Counted from the whole stretch's first letter, positions 27,842-42,465 are shown. The stretch: 60,941 nucleotides of DNA, filler included, from Platydemus manokwari (GCA_037951405.1; 6 parts of 6 records of this genome joined end to end with filler, not necessarily neighbours in it); one strand, 5' to 3'. Notes: generated from the sequence alone by a model not told the origin. Numbers and translations are program-made.

Positions 27842-28376
27842 TTAAAACAAACCTTGTAATGTAGTTTTCGATAATTCGTTGCAAAAATCTGTATCACAGC
27901 ATTTATTTAAAACTGCTTTTAAATTTATATCTCCACAATTCGATAAACAGGATTTATTGATAATATTTTTATCAATTGTAGCAGGTTTAGCTGTTGTTTT
28001 ACTGGACGATGTTGGTTGACCATCAATTAGAATTCCCAAATTTATTAATGGGGTTTTCGGTTCATTTCCTGTTGAAGTCCCGTGATCTGTTTGTGTGACA
28101 TTACTCGTGATTGTTGCACAAAAGGTACAGTTGGAATAAACCAAAATATTCGATGAACCATCACCAGTACAGTCTCGACACACATTGCATTTGATTGTCA
28201 TATAACATGGCCAATCTAAAACAGTTATTAATTATTCTATTTGATCCAAAATTGAATTATTTAAAACAAAAAAATAATAAAATTAAATAGTAATAATAAT
28301 AATAATTTACTAAAATAATAACAATTATTATAATAATACTTGTTAGAACTACGAAGAAAATGTTTATGATTTTCAT
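27842..28376 (-). CDS. Ly6/uPAR three-finger protein with extended Thr/Ser/Pro-rich loop
   Basis: Exons 28376-28340 and 28215-27842 (124-nt phase-1 GT-AG intron): MKIINIFFVVLTNWPCYMTIKCNVCRDCTGDGSSNILVYSNCTFCATI...INKSCLSNCGDINLKAVLNKCCDTDFCNELSKTTLQGLF*. Ten Ly6-pattern cysteines. Confidence 0.87.
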
Positions 28377-28989
28377 AGTATTTGAAAAAATATCTATGTG
28401 ATCCTTTTTATACTATTTATATTTCTATTGTTTATTGATTTCGTATTCTCTTATTTTCGTTCCAAAAACAATATAAAGACGTCTTGATGTTCAAACAACT
28501 GTAGCGAAAAACAAAATAAAACGACGAGAATTCTTTGTTTTTCTATTGAAATTTGATTAATTATATTTTCCATGGATAAATATTGAAGAATAAAAGAAAA
28601 TGATCTATTTGATATTCGATAATATCAGCGACGATGAAGAAATCGTTCACAACTTAAAAATATAAAAATTTGAAATTAGCCAAAAGAATTGTTTCCATTG
28701 TCTTCATTACTTCTAATTTGAACATTTTTCGGTGATATTATTCAATGTCTATTCATGTACAGTCGCCGTGAAGCTGGTTCATCAGCTTAATTTTGATAAA
28801 GTCTATTATTTATATTTTATATTTGTTGGAAACAATCAAATAATACTGCCTTTTTGCTCGAGTTTTTTATATTAATTATTATTCATAATCTTAAGCAGAA
28901 CTGCATTAATAAATATATTTATTTATTTTATTCGTGTGTCTTTATCATCTTCTAATTATTATCTTTTATTTTAATAACTTCTAATTTCC

Positions 28990-29700
28990 TTATAATAATT
29001 CTTGATATCTGAAATCTCCATCACATGGTGCATCTGTTTCTGTTTGCAGATTCTTATTGTGACTTGGATCTTTTGGATCTTTTTTATTGTTCAGCTTCTT
29101 AACTTTGCGATATTTTAAGAGCAGGATTTTATGTCTTTGTTTGAGATGTTGAAGATTAATTTTGGTATGTGGGTTTACATTCATGAAACAAATTCTAACT
29201 GATTAATTCCAAAGATTTCCGTTGAATTTATCATTTTACCAAAGTATTTGTTAACACATTGATTGATGAAATCGGTTGAGAAAAACACCTTTCTATAACA
29301 TTCTATTCATGTTGAGCTTTGCATTATTCTCATAGTTGTGGCTCTCTTTGTTCTGCCGTCAAAGAATTCTAAGTGGTTTCCGAGTTTTGAATATTTGAAA
29401 ATTGACATTGCTTACAATTGTTGAGATTTTGTTTGCCGATAGTTTATATATAGTTTGAAATTCTTAAGTTATAATCATAGATACAATCATAACTCGTGAT
29501 TTACTTGCATTTTAGATTACTTGATAAGTATGTCACAAGGTTTGCTAGATAGTTATAACGGTAATCATCAATTTTCTTAGATAATATCGTTTTTTGTATA
29601 GAACCAAAGAAAATACCAGCAACCATGGAAAATGTCTTCATGACAGATCTGCAAGAAATTAAAAAGATTTGGATTTTTATTTCTTTCGTTATTTTTCATA
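28990..29700 (-). mobile_element. Decayed Penelope-like relic
   Basis: Fragment TDFINQCVNKYF (cf. GYP..FI..CI.KFL post-RT motif). A degenerate hammerhead-like core (CTGATGAacc..ggcGACT) lies downstream at 28761-28785. Confidence 0.3.
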
Positions 29701-30016
29701 TGCTAATTTAATTAGATTACCAATGCAAATTACAACATTATAAGGGAACTGTGAAATATATTAACAATAATATAGGAACACAATCAATCATTATGATGAA
29801 ATCTCTTAAATTTAATATGTCGGTCAGATAGCAATTTATTTAAAGCTAGCAAGGACCACATTTTGAACATTAAAAGCGAATTTAGATATACTCTAATTTT
29901 TTACAATTATTTTATAAAAATAAGCAATATTAAATTGTTAAAAATGTTAAGATTTTGCTAAGCCAATTTATAATTTTAAAAGCTTAAATTTAAAAATTCA
30001 AAAAATCATATAGAAT

Positions 30017-31777
30017 TGTTGTGATTATAATAGGGAATTGATTTAACAGGTCTGTTTCATCCCCATTCGACATCATAAAATGTGAACAATCAAACTAAAT
30101 TAAATATATCAACCTTCACAAAATGATTTTAAAAAACTCAATATACATTAATACACAACAAATTGACACTAAATTGTGATTATTATTTTAGTAACGTGAT
30201 TAAATAAATAAACACGTGGTGTTTGTTTAAATAATTGATTGGCGCTTTGGTGGAGTTTTTCAAATAAAATTATGACGGAATGTGCTTATAACTTAACTGG
30301 CGACTACGCCATACAAATCAACACAATAAAAAGGAACCAGCAGAAGAAACAGTTATTAGAGAGTTTGCCGAAACAAGAACAAGAAGCGCTCAATTTTAAT
30401 ATTCGGAAATTTGATGGAAGGAATTCCAATGAAGCCGTAAAATGGATGCAAGATACAGAGGAGTGGCTATTAATTAATAGTCTCAGTCTGATTAGCGCAT
30501 TTGATCTACTACTTTCGGACGAAGCAAGCATTTGTGGAAAAACTTTAAATCGAAGATACCACAGAAGAATCAGCTAAATCGTGGTTTGAAGATACATTTA
30601 CAATCAAAAAAATCGATAATGGATATGATTGTCGAACTTGCAAACGTTCAACAATCTGAGACTGAACGGTTTGCCACTTTCGAGATGAGAGTTCACCGAT
30701 TGGTCGAGAATGTGATGAATTCCGGATTAAAACAAGATTCAATAGTGAAGGATATTATCAGCAAGATAACACGATCGAATGGATTAAAAGATGCTCTTGC
30801 CCTGAAAACAGACATGGATATCATAGAACTTAGAAGTGCTGCAAAAGTGTTCGAAAATCAAGAACAAAGTGTAAAACGAGATTCTCAAGCAGTCAATACA
30901 ATTTTTAGAGACAGCTATGCTCAAGCGCTAAAAACTGTACGAAGCAACCGATGGAATAAAAAGTACAAAAGGAAAGCAACGAGTCCAGTATTCATAAGCC
31001 ACCCCATGCAAACAAAACACTGAATCTCGAGCCAATAGTTTCAGAACAGAAGTTCACTTCAAGTAGAGAGTGACCAGTTTATTCGATGAAATACATGGCC
31101 AAGAAACTTTACAATAAGTTTCGAGGCATGCCAGACCCAAAAGAAGAACGACTGCGTGGAGACAATGGCTTCTGCTGTAGAGAAAGCGGACACTACAAAA
31201 GTCAGTGCCCCTTAAGGCACAATTGCTTAATATGCGGACAAGAAGGCCATCATTTCAGATCATGCCATCTAATACAAGGTACCAGACACAGAGCAGAAGG
31301 TAGAATTTTATGTATTCAAGACGAAATAGAAGAGCAATTTGATCCAATTGAAGACGCTAAATGCACGAGATCGAAGATTAAAAAAACCACATTAACTCCG
31401 TCGTATACATTTCGTCGGTGGGGTTGAATCAGTAAATAACAAGAAAATTTGAAATGGAACCAGACATGAAGAGATGTTTAAGAAGGACGACGCTAGAGTG
31501 CGGAGTAAAGTGTTGATCAACGGAGCTGAAGTAGAGATGTTGTGGGATACGAGAGCGTCTATCACAGCAATGAACGAGAACCTTTGGAAGAAGGTGGGAA
31601 ACCAAAATTTGCATGATAGTTTTATTTACGCTTAGTGGAGTGTTTTCAACGGGTGCCGAACGCCCTCTGGGTTATTCAGATGTCATTGCCGAGTGGAAAA
31701 GAAAGAAAAGAAAAATTAGGGTTGTGATAGCAAAAAGAATTTGTCCCGATTTTATTGGAGGTGTTGACACGATGAAT
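30017..31777 (+). mobile_element. Gypsy/Ty3 LTR retrotransposon 5' part (LTR, PBS, gag, protease), truncated by gap
   Basis: TGTTGTG.. LTR-like start at 30017; PBS-like TGGCGCT at 30240; gag IRKFDGRNSNEAVKWMQDTEEW; two zinc knuckles (FCCRESGHYKSQC, CLICGQEGHHFRSC); protease EMLWDTRASI (DTG mutated). Frameshifted. Confidence 0.9.
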
Positions 31778-33481
31778 NNNNNNNNNNNNNNNNNNNNNNN
31801 NNNNNNNNNNNNNNNNNNNNNTTAATTAATTAANNNNNNNNNNNNNNNNNNNNNNNNNNNNNNNNNNNNNNNNNNNNCAATAATAACAATAATAATAACA
31901 ATAGTAACAATAATAATAAGAATCCTATAAATAAAGTTTAACTCTTCTTTAGTTTAGTAATAATTTTGATACATTAGATAAATCTAACTTGGAAAATAAT
32001 TAATTAGGCATTTAAAATGAAAGCCCGAAAAACATTAATAATGAAATCAAAAATTAATCCGGCAATCGGAAAATATTAATGATCGTTAAAATATTATGAA
32101 ACCTTCGTATCTACAATCCGACAACAATTTTAATTGCAGTCAGACCATAGAAACTGCTGATAGTCTGGATAATAGTAACAATTAATACGGGAATGCATCC
32201 TCATTTTTAAGTAATTCACCCATTATTTCCTCGACTCGACAAGGTAGTATTTAAGTAACCAATGCCTTCGTCATCAACATAGGCCGTTAGCTAAGTGAAA
32301 CCATTAGCTCTATTTGAAGTCAAGAAGCCGTTGCAGATAAATTTGTTGAAATTAAGCAGAGTCAATTCACCGATCTAGCTATTTTCTGAATTACTTAAAA
32401 TTGGAAGAACAAGTAAGATCATTTTGTATAAAATCACATATTAGAATATCAACCCGCATATTCTTCACTATTTGTACAATGAAGTTTAAACTCCTTGATA
32501 ATACATTTCCTCAATATTACGAAGAGACTTGCTAGTCAAAAGCCTTTCTGGTATTGTTTAACAAGTTACTACCGTTAAAGTGTAAAAAAGAAGCATTACA
32601 ATCACATATTGTATAAAAGTATTGCAATTGTATCTTTGTCGTTAATTGTAATAAACATTTTATTAGTTAAATGAGTCCAGTAGTTCAAATAGCAGTTTCG
32701 AATTAAGGTTCAATATTTCATTCATAAACATTATCATTTACCACCTTTTCAGAGTATTTCAGTGTGCAAATAAATTAAATGAGGCTGAGAAAAGCATTAA
32801 CATCGTTGTTGAGATGATTAATGGGATAGCAATAGGACTTAAAACATTAAAATCGTTATATACGCCGTTCCACTTACCTCCATATTAGTTGTTCAACTAA
32901 TTAAGATTCAAATACTACCTGAAGGACGAAAAGAATTCAATAGGTTATTGGGACGTAGGTAGTGAGAGAAATTATCATACTAAATAAAAATGGAGATAAT
33001 AATAGAAAAAATCAAAAACCGCAAAACGCATCATAAGTTAAAAAATATATCCCAAGATATTTTACTGCTAAAAGAAGATTTTGTTACAATAATAAACAAC
33101 CAAAATTTTAAAATATTTTGTTGAATATACTTATAAGTATAACAGTTATATCTGTTTCCTTTTTTGAAGCATGATTTTTGGTATTTTAATAAAATATTTA
33201 TCAAAATTAATCCAATATTCAATCAAAATTTTACTAATAAAGTAACATTATTGGTCGATTATAGATGGAATTTGTGTTTAAACCAATAACTTTTGATTGA
33301 AAACTTATAATGTTACACTTCATACTTATTATCAGCACTAATTGTATCAGTAATTTTATAAATAATGTGATAATATTAACGAAATTTCGCATAATTTGAA
33401 ATGTCATTAATTTGAAAATCTTATATATTATATCTCATAATTTTCAAAATATTTCATTATCTACATATATGTAACTCTCAC

Positions 33482-35997
33482 TGATTTCGATAATCGTTTG
33501 TTTTGCTTGGGAATAAGATGCCAACTGGACCAAACTAACAACAGCGCCTCGGTTCACGGTTGGCAATACTGACTACAAGAGTAAAAATTATTAAATCGAA
33601 GCCTCCAAATTCTTACTTTCCACAGACCGAAAAACCCTTCGTCTTTTGCAATACGAAACAAGGCATGAAATATATTGTGATAATTTCGTTTCTGATCATC
33701 TGGTAAACTAAAAAAGCCGATCGATTAATTTTGTTTATCGAAATCATTAAACATTAACATTCCATCAGCAGTCATTCGTATCAAAGCTATTTCTGAAGGC
33801 GTACCAATGCATGAACCAACTATCCCTGCTATCATTCCTAAAATCATCTTCACTATAAGTGTTGGTTGTTGATTGCCTAATGAATATCTTTCATAGAGTA
33901 AGGTATATATTCCCAATTTTGCACTTGTATATGTAGCTTGACGAAATAAGGCTGCAGTTAAACTGAATAGATAAAACTTATAGATCACAGAAATATCTTA
34001 AGTACGATATTTGCAAAAACCATGAAAATTTTTCAATGTATTGAAAGAAAATTATATAAATAAACATCTAAACAAGTTTCTCTTCATTTTAATATAATTG
34101 TTTTCACTTAGTCAATTCATTAATTAGGTCAGAATGTAAATTCAATTTGAAAAATTCGAGTATTAATCGAAGTGGTAGGAAATTTATATATTAGAAAACC
34201 CATGACAAAAAAGCTTTCACATAAATATTATATTGCCATGAGCGAATTCTTTTAAATTTAAATTATTATTTATAAGATTAAATAATATTAGAAAATAAAT
34301 GCAAAAAATTACCATAACATGATAACAACATAAATTACAAAAATTAATATGGTTGATACAAAGCAAGAATGGATGGAATATTACAAATTTTTATGGACAT
34401 CCGTATACCGATTCGTGATTTAGATTATCAATTTAAAATAATCTTAGAATTTTAAGATATAAATCACAAGATATTTTTGGTTTACAGACAAAAACAAAAA
34501 TCATAACCAGTTAATTTACACAAAAAATTACCTTACAAAATTTTAATCAGTCTAATTTATGTGATTCTGCAGAAATTTTACCAAGATTAGAGATAATTTT
34601 TTAAGCTTTGATAATATTTTGATTTAGAGTTTTATTTAATTAAGAAAATATCTTCCCACTTAATGTTTGAGGCAGTCTTGTTTAAAAAGCCTGAAATTTT
34701 TTAATATAAAGTTCATCACAAGATGATTAACTGTGATGAGGAATTTATTTATGACTGATGGTAATAATTTGAACTCTTCAAAGTCGGTATTGAGGATCTG
34801 GCATAAAAGTGATCTGATTTCCAGAAATGAATTTTTGTAATAAACAGCTAAGAGTTCTGATCAAGCTTTCCACTTTATTACACAATAAAATAAACTAAAA
34901 AGGAACTATATTTCCAAAATCCATTTATTAATCCCATTTAACATATTCAATTGATAATCCTGATCTATAATCGTCCCACTATAGAGCCTTCTTTTCGAAA
35001 TAGTATCAGTTTTCAATGCCATCTCATAAACAGCCTTAAGTTTTATTTATCAGATTATATCGTCGAAATTTTTATTCAGTTTACAAAATCGTAAAGTATG
35101 TACTGCAAATTTTCTTTGTCATATCCTGTTTAAAGACATTCCCAGATTTTCTTGCCTCGAGTTGTGCCTTCCGAATGTAGTTTAAATCATTTTTTTAATC
35201 AAAAGTTTTATGTTTAAATATATCAATGCATAAAGAAATTTTATCCTTTACTCAATGTCATCTTGTTTTTTTTATCAATTTTTATTTATCTCGATAAGCT
35301 CTCAAATAAACATCGTCGTTAAAAAATTCACAAATAAACGCTAGTATTTTTAAAATCGAATTATGAAATTTTATATGAAAGAACAACGTATTTTTTAATT
35401 ATAGTTTTAGAATTTTTCTCCTTTTTTTCTTTATCTCTTTTTTCTTAAGAAGTAATTTAAATAATTTGTAATCACTTAACTAATTATTTAATGATTAATG
35501 GCCATTTTAATTTTATTTAAAATCAAGTTACATTTAAAAATAATTCTGAATTTATATATTGTATTAAAAAATAACTAAATTATAAAAATCGAGCTTAAAA
35601 AAATAATAAATTTAATTACACAATCCAAAAAGTGAAGTTGTAATTTCGAATATGTTATTTGTAAAAAATTTTACTTACCCCGCATAAATAACCAATAATC
35701 CTTCTTTACGTATAATTTGTCTAATGGCATCGAAATTATTTTTGTAAAAATTTTTCTGTTCATCTTGTCCTTGTTGTGAAAGAAGTATTCAAATGAATGA
35801 AAGAATTGAAATTCTAACCACTTATTTGCATTCTGGTTTTGATGAAATCCAAAGGGTGAACGATAAGAGTAGTGATTATTCTTTATTACATGAAACATTT
35901 TATTAATCATTCAGTGGTAAATCATTGAATCCTACCCCGATAATCCACCAATTGAAAATTTAACATAATCCGGAATGATATTGTTTTCCAAAGGCAT
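33482..35997 (-). CDS. SLC25A11: Mitochondrial 2-oxoglutarate/malate carrier-like (first six exons; third repeat not found)
   Basis: Exons 35997-35936, 35880-35819, 35769-35679, 33962-33759, 33707-33617, 33572-33482: MPLENNIIPDYVKFSIGGLSGIITTLIVHPLDFIKTRMQISGQDEQKNFYKNNFDAIRQIIRKEGLLVIYAGLTAALFRQATYTSAKLGIY...GTPSEIALIRMTADGILPDDQKRNYHNIFHALFRIAKDEGFFGLWKSVLPTVNRGAVVSLVQLASYSQAKQTIIEI. Confidence 0.9.
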
Positions 35998-37299
35998 TGG
36001 ATTAACTGAATTGTTGGAGTTAAATTTTGAATATTTGCCAATTGACTTGAAAACCTATTCTCAATGATGAACAAGCAATCAAACAATGCTTAACAACAAT
36101 ACACAACTAATGCATTCTCTATATTAAAGTTTTGTATATTGTGTTTGTTCTAGACTATTTGTAAACCAAACGAATTGTCAACACGTTACCACTGCTTTCT
36201 AAAACACACTAATAGCCTCATATTGTCTCTGTTGAATTCACAGAGAATAAAAATACGAATGATAAGTTATGCTACTCAGCAATTCCTTTAGATTAACAAT
36301 GAAAATTATTTATTGGTTATCTTCAATGTCTGTATGTTATCATTAACACGAATCAATATCATAATATAAATTTTTATAATTCTTTTATCGTACTGATTTT
36401 GATAATATTATCAACATGGAAGTCAGATCAATTAAACTACATAATTATATTTTTATACTTTAACTTTAATGTTAATAGGAAAATTTTTAAAAATTTAATG
36501 AAATTCTTGTTGAGTTTTTATTGATAAAATCTAAACTATATTTACTGTTTTTATTAGTTTTAAAAAACCAATACAAATGAAAAATAGATTTCAAAATTTA
36601 TCAATTAATCTTCACTTTTTATGAATTGAATCTCGTTCATTTTGTCAACTTGATTCACTTAATCATGATAAATAGTTGTTTTGTTAGTTGATATTCTCAA
36701 ATCAAGTTCTGAATTTAAATGACTTTGTTGTATAATAACATAGATAGCATAGATAATAACAAAGATAATAAAACGCAACGGTCAGCTATGTTAATTAATA
36801 GTAATTGTAGATATTAATAATTATCACATATAACTAAGAATAAAGAAAACCATTAAACAGTTGTTATTTTTCATTTCGTAAGAATCTTTAATCTACTACA
36901 ACTGCTATTTTCGACGAGTCAAACAATGTTCTAATTCTTGAATATTTAAAATGCAGTCAAACTTATTCATTATGAACAATAAAATATAGATTTCAAGAGA
37001 CTTAGTACTACGATTCCAGATAGTCTTTGATTTTACGCTATCACATACTTTTCAAATCTAAATTACGGTTTGATACATATCTACTTTTTTGCAACAGTAT
37101 TTCTGTGTAACGTTGCTATTTAAATCAAAATTCATTGTTGTATTTAAGCACTTCTTACAATAATGCCTTGATCAAGAAGTTAAATATTAAATGATGTATC
37201 TGGTAGAAAAAAAATAATATCATGTTTCTCATTTCTAAGTTATTTAGGTGAACAGGAATGTTATCTAAGAATAATAAGATTTTACGCCACTCTACTTTT

Positions 37300-37760
37300 A
37301 TTCTATGGTTTTAGCATCATCCAAGACTTTGTATTCCAAAGATAAAAAACCTCAAAATGTTTAAAACATTGAGTTTTACCAGCCTATTATTGAGGCTTTA
37401 ATTTTTCTTCTGACTTTATAAGATTTGTCATTTACTTTAGCTTCCTTAGAAATCGTATATATTCTATTCAATAAACATTTCCAAAAAAAGTCCAGTTTCA
37501 TCATAATGATAAACATTTTTTATATTACTTCAACTTTGATTATTATAATTCTTAAAATTAAGAACAAACCTTTCACCCATTGTTTTTGATTCTCCAATAA
37601 TTCTTTTGGAAAATATATAATATCTTGAAAGAAAAGAATGAAGCTATTTGATTACCAAAGTACTCTGATAATATCAACACCTTAATTGCAATATATCACC
37701 ATCAAATACTAATATTTTTTGTTATCTGAATCTGGAATCACTTATAAAATGCATCATCAG
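37300..37760 (-). mobile_element. Decayed GIY-YIG (Penelope-like) relic
   Basis: Minus-strand ..MVIYC.. and IIGESKTMGERF (cf. YIGES...L..RF). Confidence 0.45.
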
Positions 37761-38326
37761 CTTCATAACTATGGTGTAAATATAATTCTATTATATTTTT
37801 GTTATTAAAATTTGATTCTAAAATGGAATCTCTAGATTTTATTAGATTATTTATAATACCTAATTAGAAATTGTATTTTCATCAAATAATTTTAACAATT
37901 TCTATTTTTCTTCAATGGTTGAATCCTTTGTCTTTTATTTATATTTTCCATGTTCATAATAGATTTCATAAAAATGACGGTAATTCGTTTCATTTTACAC
38001 CAACTAATATTTATTGTTAAAAAGTTAGAAATTCCAACATATAAAGCCAATTCTTAAGGATATTAATTTGGTATTTAATAAGTTCTTACTTGGGTGTTCG
38101 TATTATCTGTGTTCATAATGAATAATTTCGAATGTACATTAAAAATTCTTACAATATATTTTCCATCACATAAATTCTCTGCAAAATTTTGTTTCTATAC
38201 TTCTGTTCAAAAAGTATATCAGTAGGAAATTTACGATTATTTGGGGCTTATTTTGTGTCCACAGTATCCAATTAAATTCCAATCCAATGATTATGAATAG
38301 TAAAAGTTAGTAAAATTAATTACGAG

Positions 38327-39000
38327 TGTTAAGTTTTGTGTAATTATATTGATATTAAATTTATTAAGTTATTCTTTAGGAAGACTTTATAATTTCGACA
38401 TTATTTTTATACTTTACACTGTACTCGATCTTTACGACATAAAGATTTAGGTGACATATAGATAGATCGTCATTGATGTATTAATAATATTATCGTGAAT
38501 ATCTTTATTAAAATGGCAACTCACACCCAGAATTCAAACTAGCCACCCGAATAATATTAACTAAAAGATGATTTCAAAAAATTCATCACAGAAATAAAAA
38601 GACTTTGATCTTTAACTCAACAGTCAGCTGACATTAAAGAAAAGCTTATCAAAGCCTTTATTGAGGTACAATCACTATCAATATGCGAAGACACTGATAG
38701 AAGAAGTATTGAAGACAGTCTCAATCCAAATATTTACTTCGATGTGGATCTTGATACTAACAAAAAGGGAAGAACTCTATAACACGTAATGATCACTAAG
38801 AGAAATCGTGAAGATGAATTCAACGACGCCAAGCATGCGGTCATGTCGAACATATCAGACTTCATTGCTATAATGTCACTTGCGTCGATTGGAGTAAAAG
38901 TGCTTATTTTAAATGACAAATAAACAAGCAAGTCATGCATTCTTGAGAAAATACGGGCATTATTGAACTACTATGGAAAGTTTCTAACCACGAAAGAAAT
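38327..39000 (+). mobile_element. LTR + gag relic, same family as 51326
   Basis: TGTTAAG...TTAAAA then ATG at 38513: MATHTQNSN*PPE*Y*LKDDFKKFITEIKRL...IKEKLIKAFIEV, alignable with gag at 51528. A third gag fragment lies at ~40195-40280 (LTQQPAKIEETLIKTFIEVRSL). Confidence 0.7.
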
Positions 39001-42000
39001 GATATACATAGACAACTTATTGTCATAAACGACTACTGTTGAGGTTATGCCTTTAATATTCATTACTAATGTGAGTCTTTCACTGTTGGTTAAATCGTAA
39101 TGTCAATCCAGCAGTATTATGTGAAATAAGATGTAATCTTTTAATTTAAATTCAAAACACAAAGACTGATATTCGGCTATTGAAATAACACAAAAGATTC
39201 AAGTTTTATCAGACAAACATGTTCGAAATAGGATCAACAAGGTAAGGTTCAGGAACAAATCTCCATCGTGCTGATATATATTGTAAAAATATAATATAAT
39301 TTAAGATACATGTCTTTATCTATTTTGGTCTACAACATCACTCCAAACTTGTTATTAATAATCTTTGAGGTCCAGCGGCTTTATCTAATTCATATATTTT
39401 CTTTGAAATTCCTTTCATCAAGATTTTTGTGAGCCATTTTCTGATTTTTTCTTTCGCTTCAATACTATTTTCTTTTGCGGATTATGAATTATCAATTTTA
39501 TTATTTTCTTTTTTCGTATATGTTTTTAAAATCATTTGGTAATTTTATTTATTTTAATGGGATTATTCATCCATAAATCCCTTATTATAAAGTGCTCATT
39601 GTTAATAAAATCTATTTTTAAATTGTGCTCACATTATGAATAATATATTTTATTCCACAATATGAATAATTTTATTTGATTAGTTTTTTCAATATAAATA
39701 TTATTTATTATTTTTATTAATATTTTATTATAAATTCTATTATATTGGTGATGCAATTTATTAACAAAAATAATTCCAGGAATAAAATAGATAATAATTC
39801 AATTTAATAATATTTCCAGCAATAAAATTATATAAATGATAAAAATTTCCCTAAAGAAAAAATCAAAGTTTTTTATAAGATCATAATTATCAAACAATTA
39901 TAATTTTCACAATAAATGTGAATCATCCATCTCAATTTTTCAATTTAGTTCACAGCTTTGAGGATTCAGCTTTGTTGTTCGCTGTTGAGAAATTGTTGAT
40001 AATTTAAAGAGGATTAGAAGATTATGCTTTGCTGTCCTATCTGACACCGTATGAAGAGATGGAAAAGAACCTTGACAAACAACTATATGTATGTTCGTAT
40101 AATGATGAATCAGTGAGATTTTATGTGAATTTTATTTTGAAAGATTATGATTAATCCTACAATCTATGATGAGATTTCAAGTGATAATCCTATATAAAAA
40201 GATTTTATGAATTAACTCAACAACCAGCTAAGATTGAAGAAACTCTTATCAAAACTTTCATTGAAGTTCGATCACTAAAATTAAAAAATTAAAACCACGA
40301 TATGGCATTTTACTGACATTGAGATAGCTAAATTTTATTCTCGGAATTAGTGTATTTGCTGCTTGGTTTTGGACACCCGATGATCCTTTCATCACTATTG
40401 GATGATTGATCAATTTTGTTAATGAGAGATCAAATAAGGCTGAAATAAAATATGGACATTTACAAGAATTCTTCTTTGTATTGACAAGTTGTTCGCAAGT
40501 TTTCCTCGAACTTTAATTTTGTTCTGATTGCAGAAGCTATTGTCCAATTCTGGCTCATTGATTTTAATTTAAACCAGAAAAATAACTCATAATGATATCG
40601 ATATCTCCGGTAAATCTGAACAGATGTTTTTTTCCAAATTAGTCCTATAAAATCATAGCACTGAATACCTTTTTCCTCATGAACTAGGTGGATTCTAAAT
40701 AGACATCAATATCGAAGGGGATGACCACCTTTTCTGTAATTCAAAAAACAGTAACGCAGTGAACATTAATGTCTTCTATACTCCACCTCTATACATAAAA
40801 ACCAAACACGTGGTCTGAGATAAGCATATTAATTATATACTTTCATTACATTTCATCATATTTGTTTGACTGTTGAAGTTGGGTTTGAGGAGCTTTCAAC
40901 AATGTTTACAAAACTTGCACATGCTGTTGGGCAAGTCACAAAAACAACTGCAGTATATTCATGGAAACCATGGAGATAAGCCCCAAAGGGTTGATATACA
41001 TAGATTCGATAAACACACGTGACAATAGACAATCAGATGACTTAAATATATTAATCATTATTTAGACTGGAGCATACCAACAAATGACAAGAATTGCTGA
41101 TATTCGCCAATGGAAATTTGTTATCAGATCTAAANNNNNNNNNNNNNNNNNNNNNNNNNNNNNNNNNNNNNNNNNNNNTTAATTAATTAANNNNNNNNNN
41201 NNNNNNNNNNNNNNNNNNNNNNNNNNNNNNNNNNCATCATAAAATCGTAAAAATTCATTTCTCACCATCAAATTCGATCTGTTAGATCTATCATTTGGTT
41301 TCTTTGATCAGTTTAATTGTAAATCTTGTTCTGACAAAAAAGATAATTCAGTGAATGAAAACAGATTGCGTTGCAATATCAAATTTTCAAAACTACGATT
41401 ACTACCTACCGGCCGGTCTAAACAACAAATTTGTTGTTCAATGAGACAATGATGATGATGATTATTATTATTTCGATACGATCATATTCAACAAGATTCC
41501 AAATAAAGGCATCTACAGCAAAAGACTCGAAAGTAACGATAAGAATCATCGTCGAGATGTGTTTGTATTACTGTATGAAAAACGATATGTAATCATATAA
41601 GTTTCAAGTGTGGATGAGGTTTATCGATCGGATTGGTCATGGCATCAGATTTGAATCATCACTATGGAAACAATAAACTAGAGTTAGTGGGTTTGATATG
41701 ATATGATATGATATCAATGCCTATATCTAATTTTATTAATAATCTATAGAAACGGCTATCATTTCCAGACAATAAAAGACAATAAGTTATTGGTAAAGTT
41801 GGAAGCAGCCATGTATTTCAGTCCAGACTTCTTATATTTATAAAATGATATAAACTCAACAATTAAAGCATGGCAGAGTGATAACAGTCAATTTCAGGGT
41901 GTCCATCGAGTTGTATATTTTCAAACTTCAATCTATCGTGTCAAACTCATCAAAATCGTACTGAACCCAACTCGCTTTGAAATATCAAGACAATAGATTT

Positions 42001-42084
42001 AATGAAATATTTATAAATACTGAAACGGTTGGTAAATCAGAGGATTAATAAATAAAATAGATAAACGAGTAGAATGGAATTTAT

Positions 42085-42465
42085 GACACATTCTGTGATG
42101 ATTTTAAAATGAAAAAAGTAGTGGGTGTCATGGATACCACACATTTGGATACGATTCTGAGAAAACCTATTACACTAATGTAAAGAAAAAAAGGAGAAAG
42201 ATATAGAGAAAGTAAAAAGAAGATATGAAGAAAATTTAGAGAAGATAGACAAAAGATGAGAGGATAATTAAGAATACATAGAAAATCAAAGATTTTAAAG
42301 ATATGAGGATGTTGACGATTTTAAAATTATGGTGATAATTTCAAAGATTTTATATTAAAATAATATGAATATGCTTAAATAATAGTAGTAAAATATATAA
42401 TCTTTGGTCGTGACTTTTCAGTTCATTTACAATGCGTGCTTTATAAGAAGTAGTGGCTTACATAT
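42085..42465 (+). repeat. ~320-bp repeat unit (1.2 copies) of the family arrayed at 45200-45990
   Basis: Shares catttggat(a/t)cgattctg, a purine-rich tract, aagaata(c/t)atag(a/g)aaatcaaagat and the TCGTGAC..TTTATAA motif with the 45.2-46.0 kb units. Confidence 0.8.

Noticed and set aside
32740-32980. Possible 3' exons of the SLC25A11-like gene
   Set aside because: Splice-like sites exist, but the phase gives an immediate stop, one implied intron is only 22 nt, and no carrier motif is encoded.
35671-35910. 79-aa ORF from the track as an independent gene
   Set aside because: It is an off-frame read-through across SLC25A11-like exons 2-3 and their introns.
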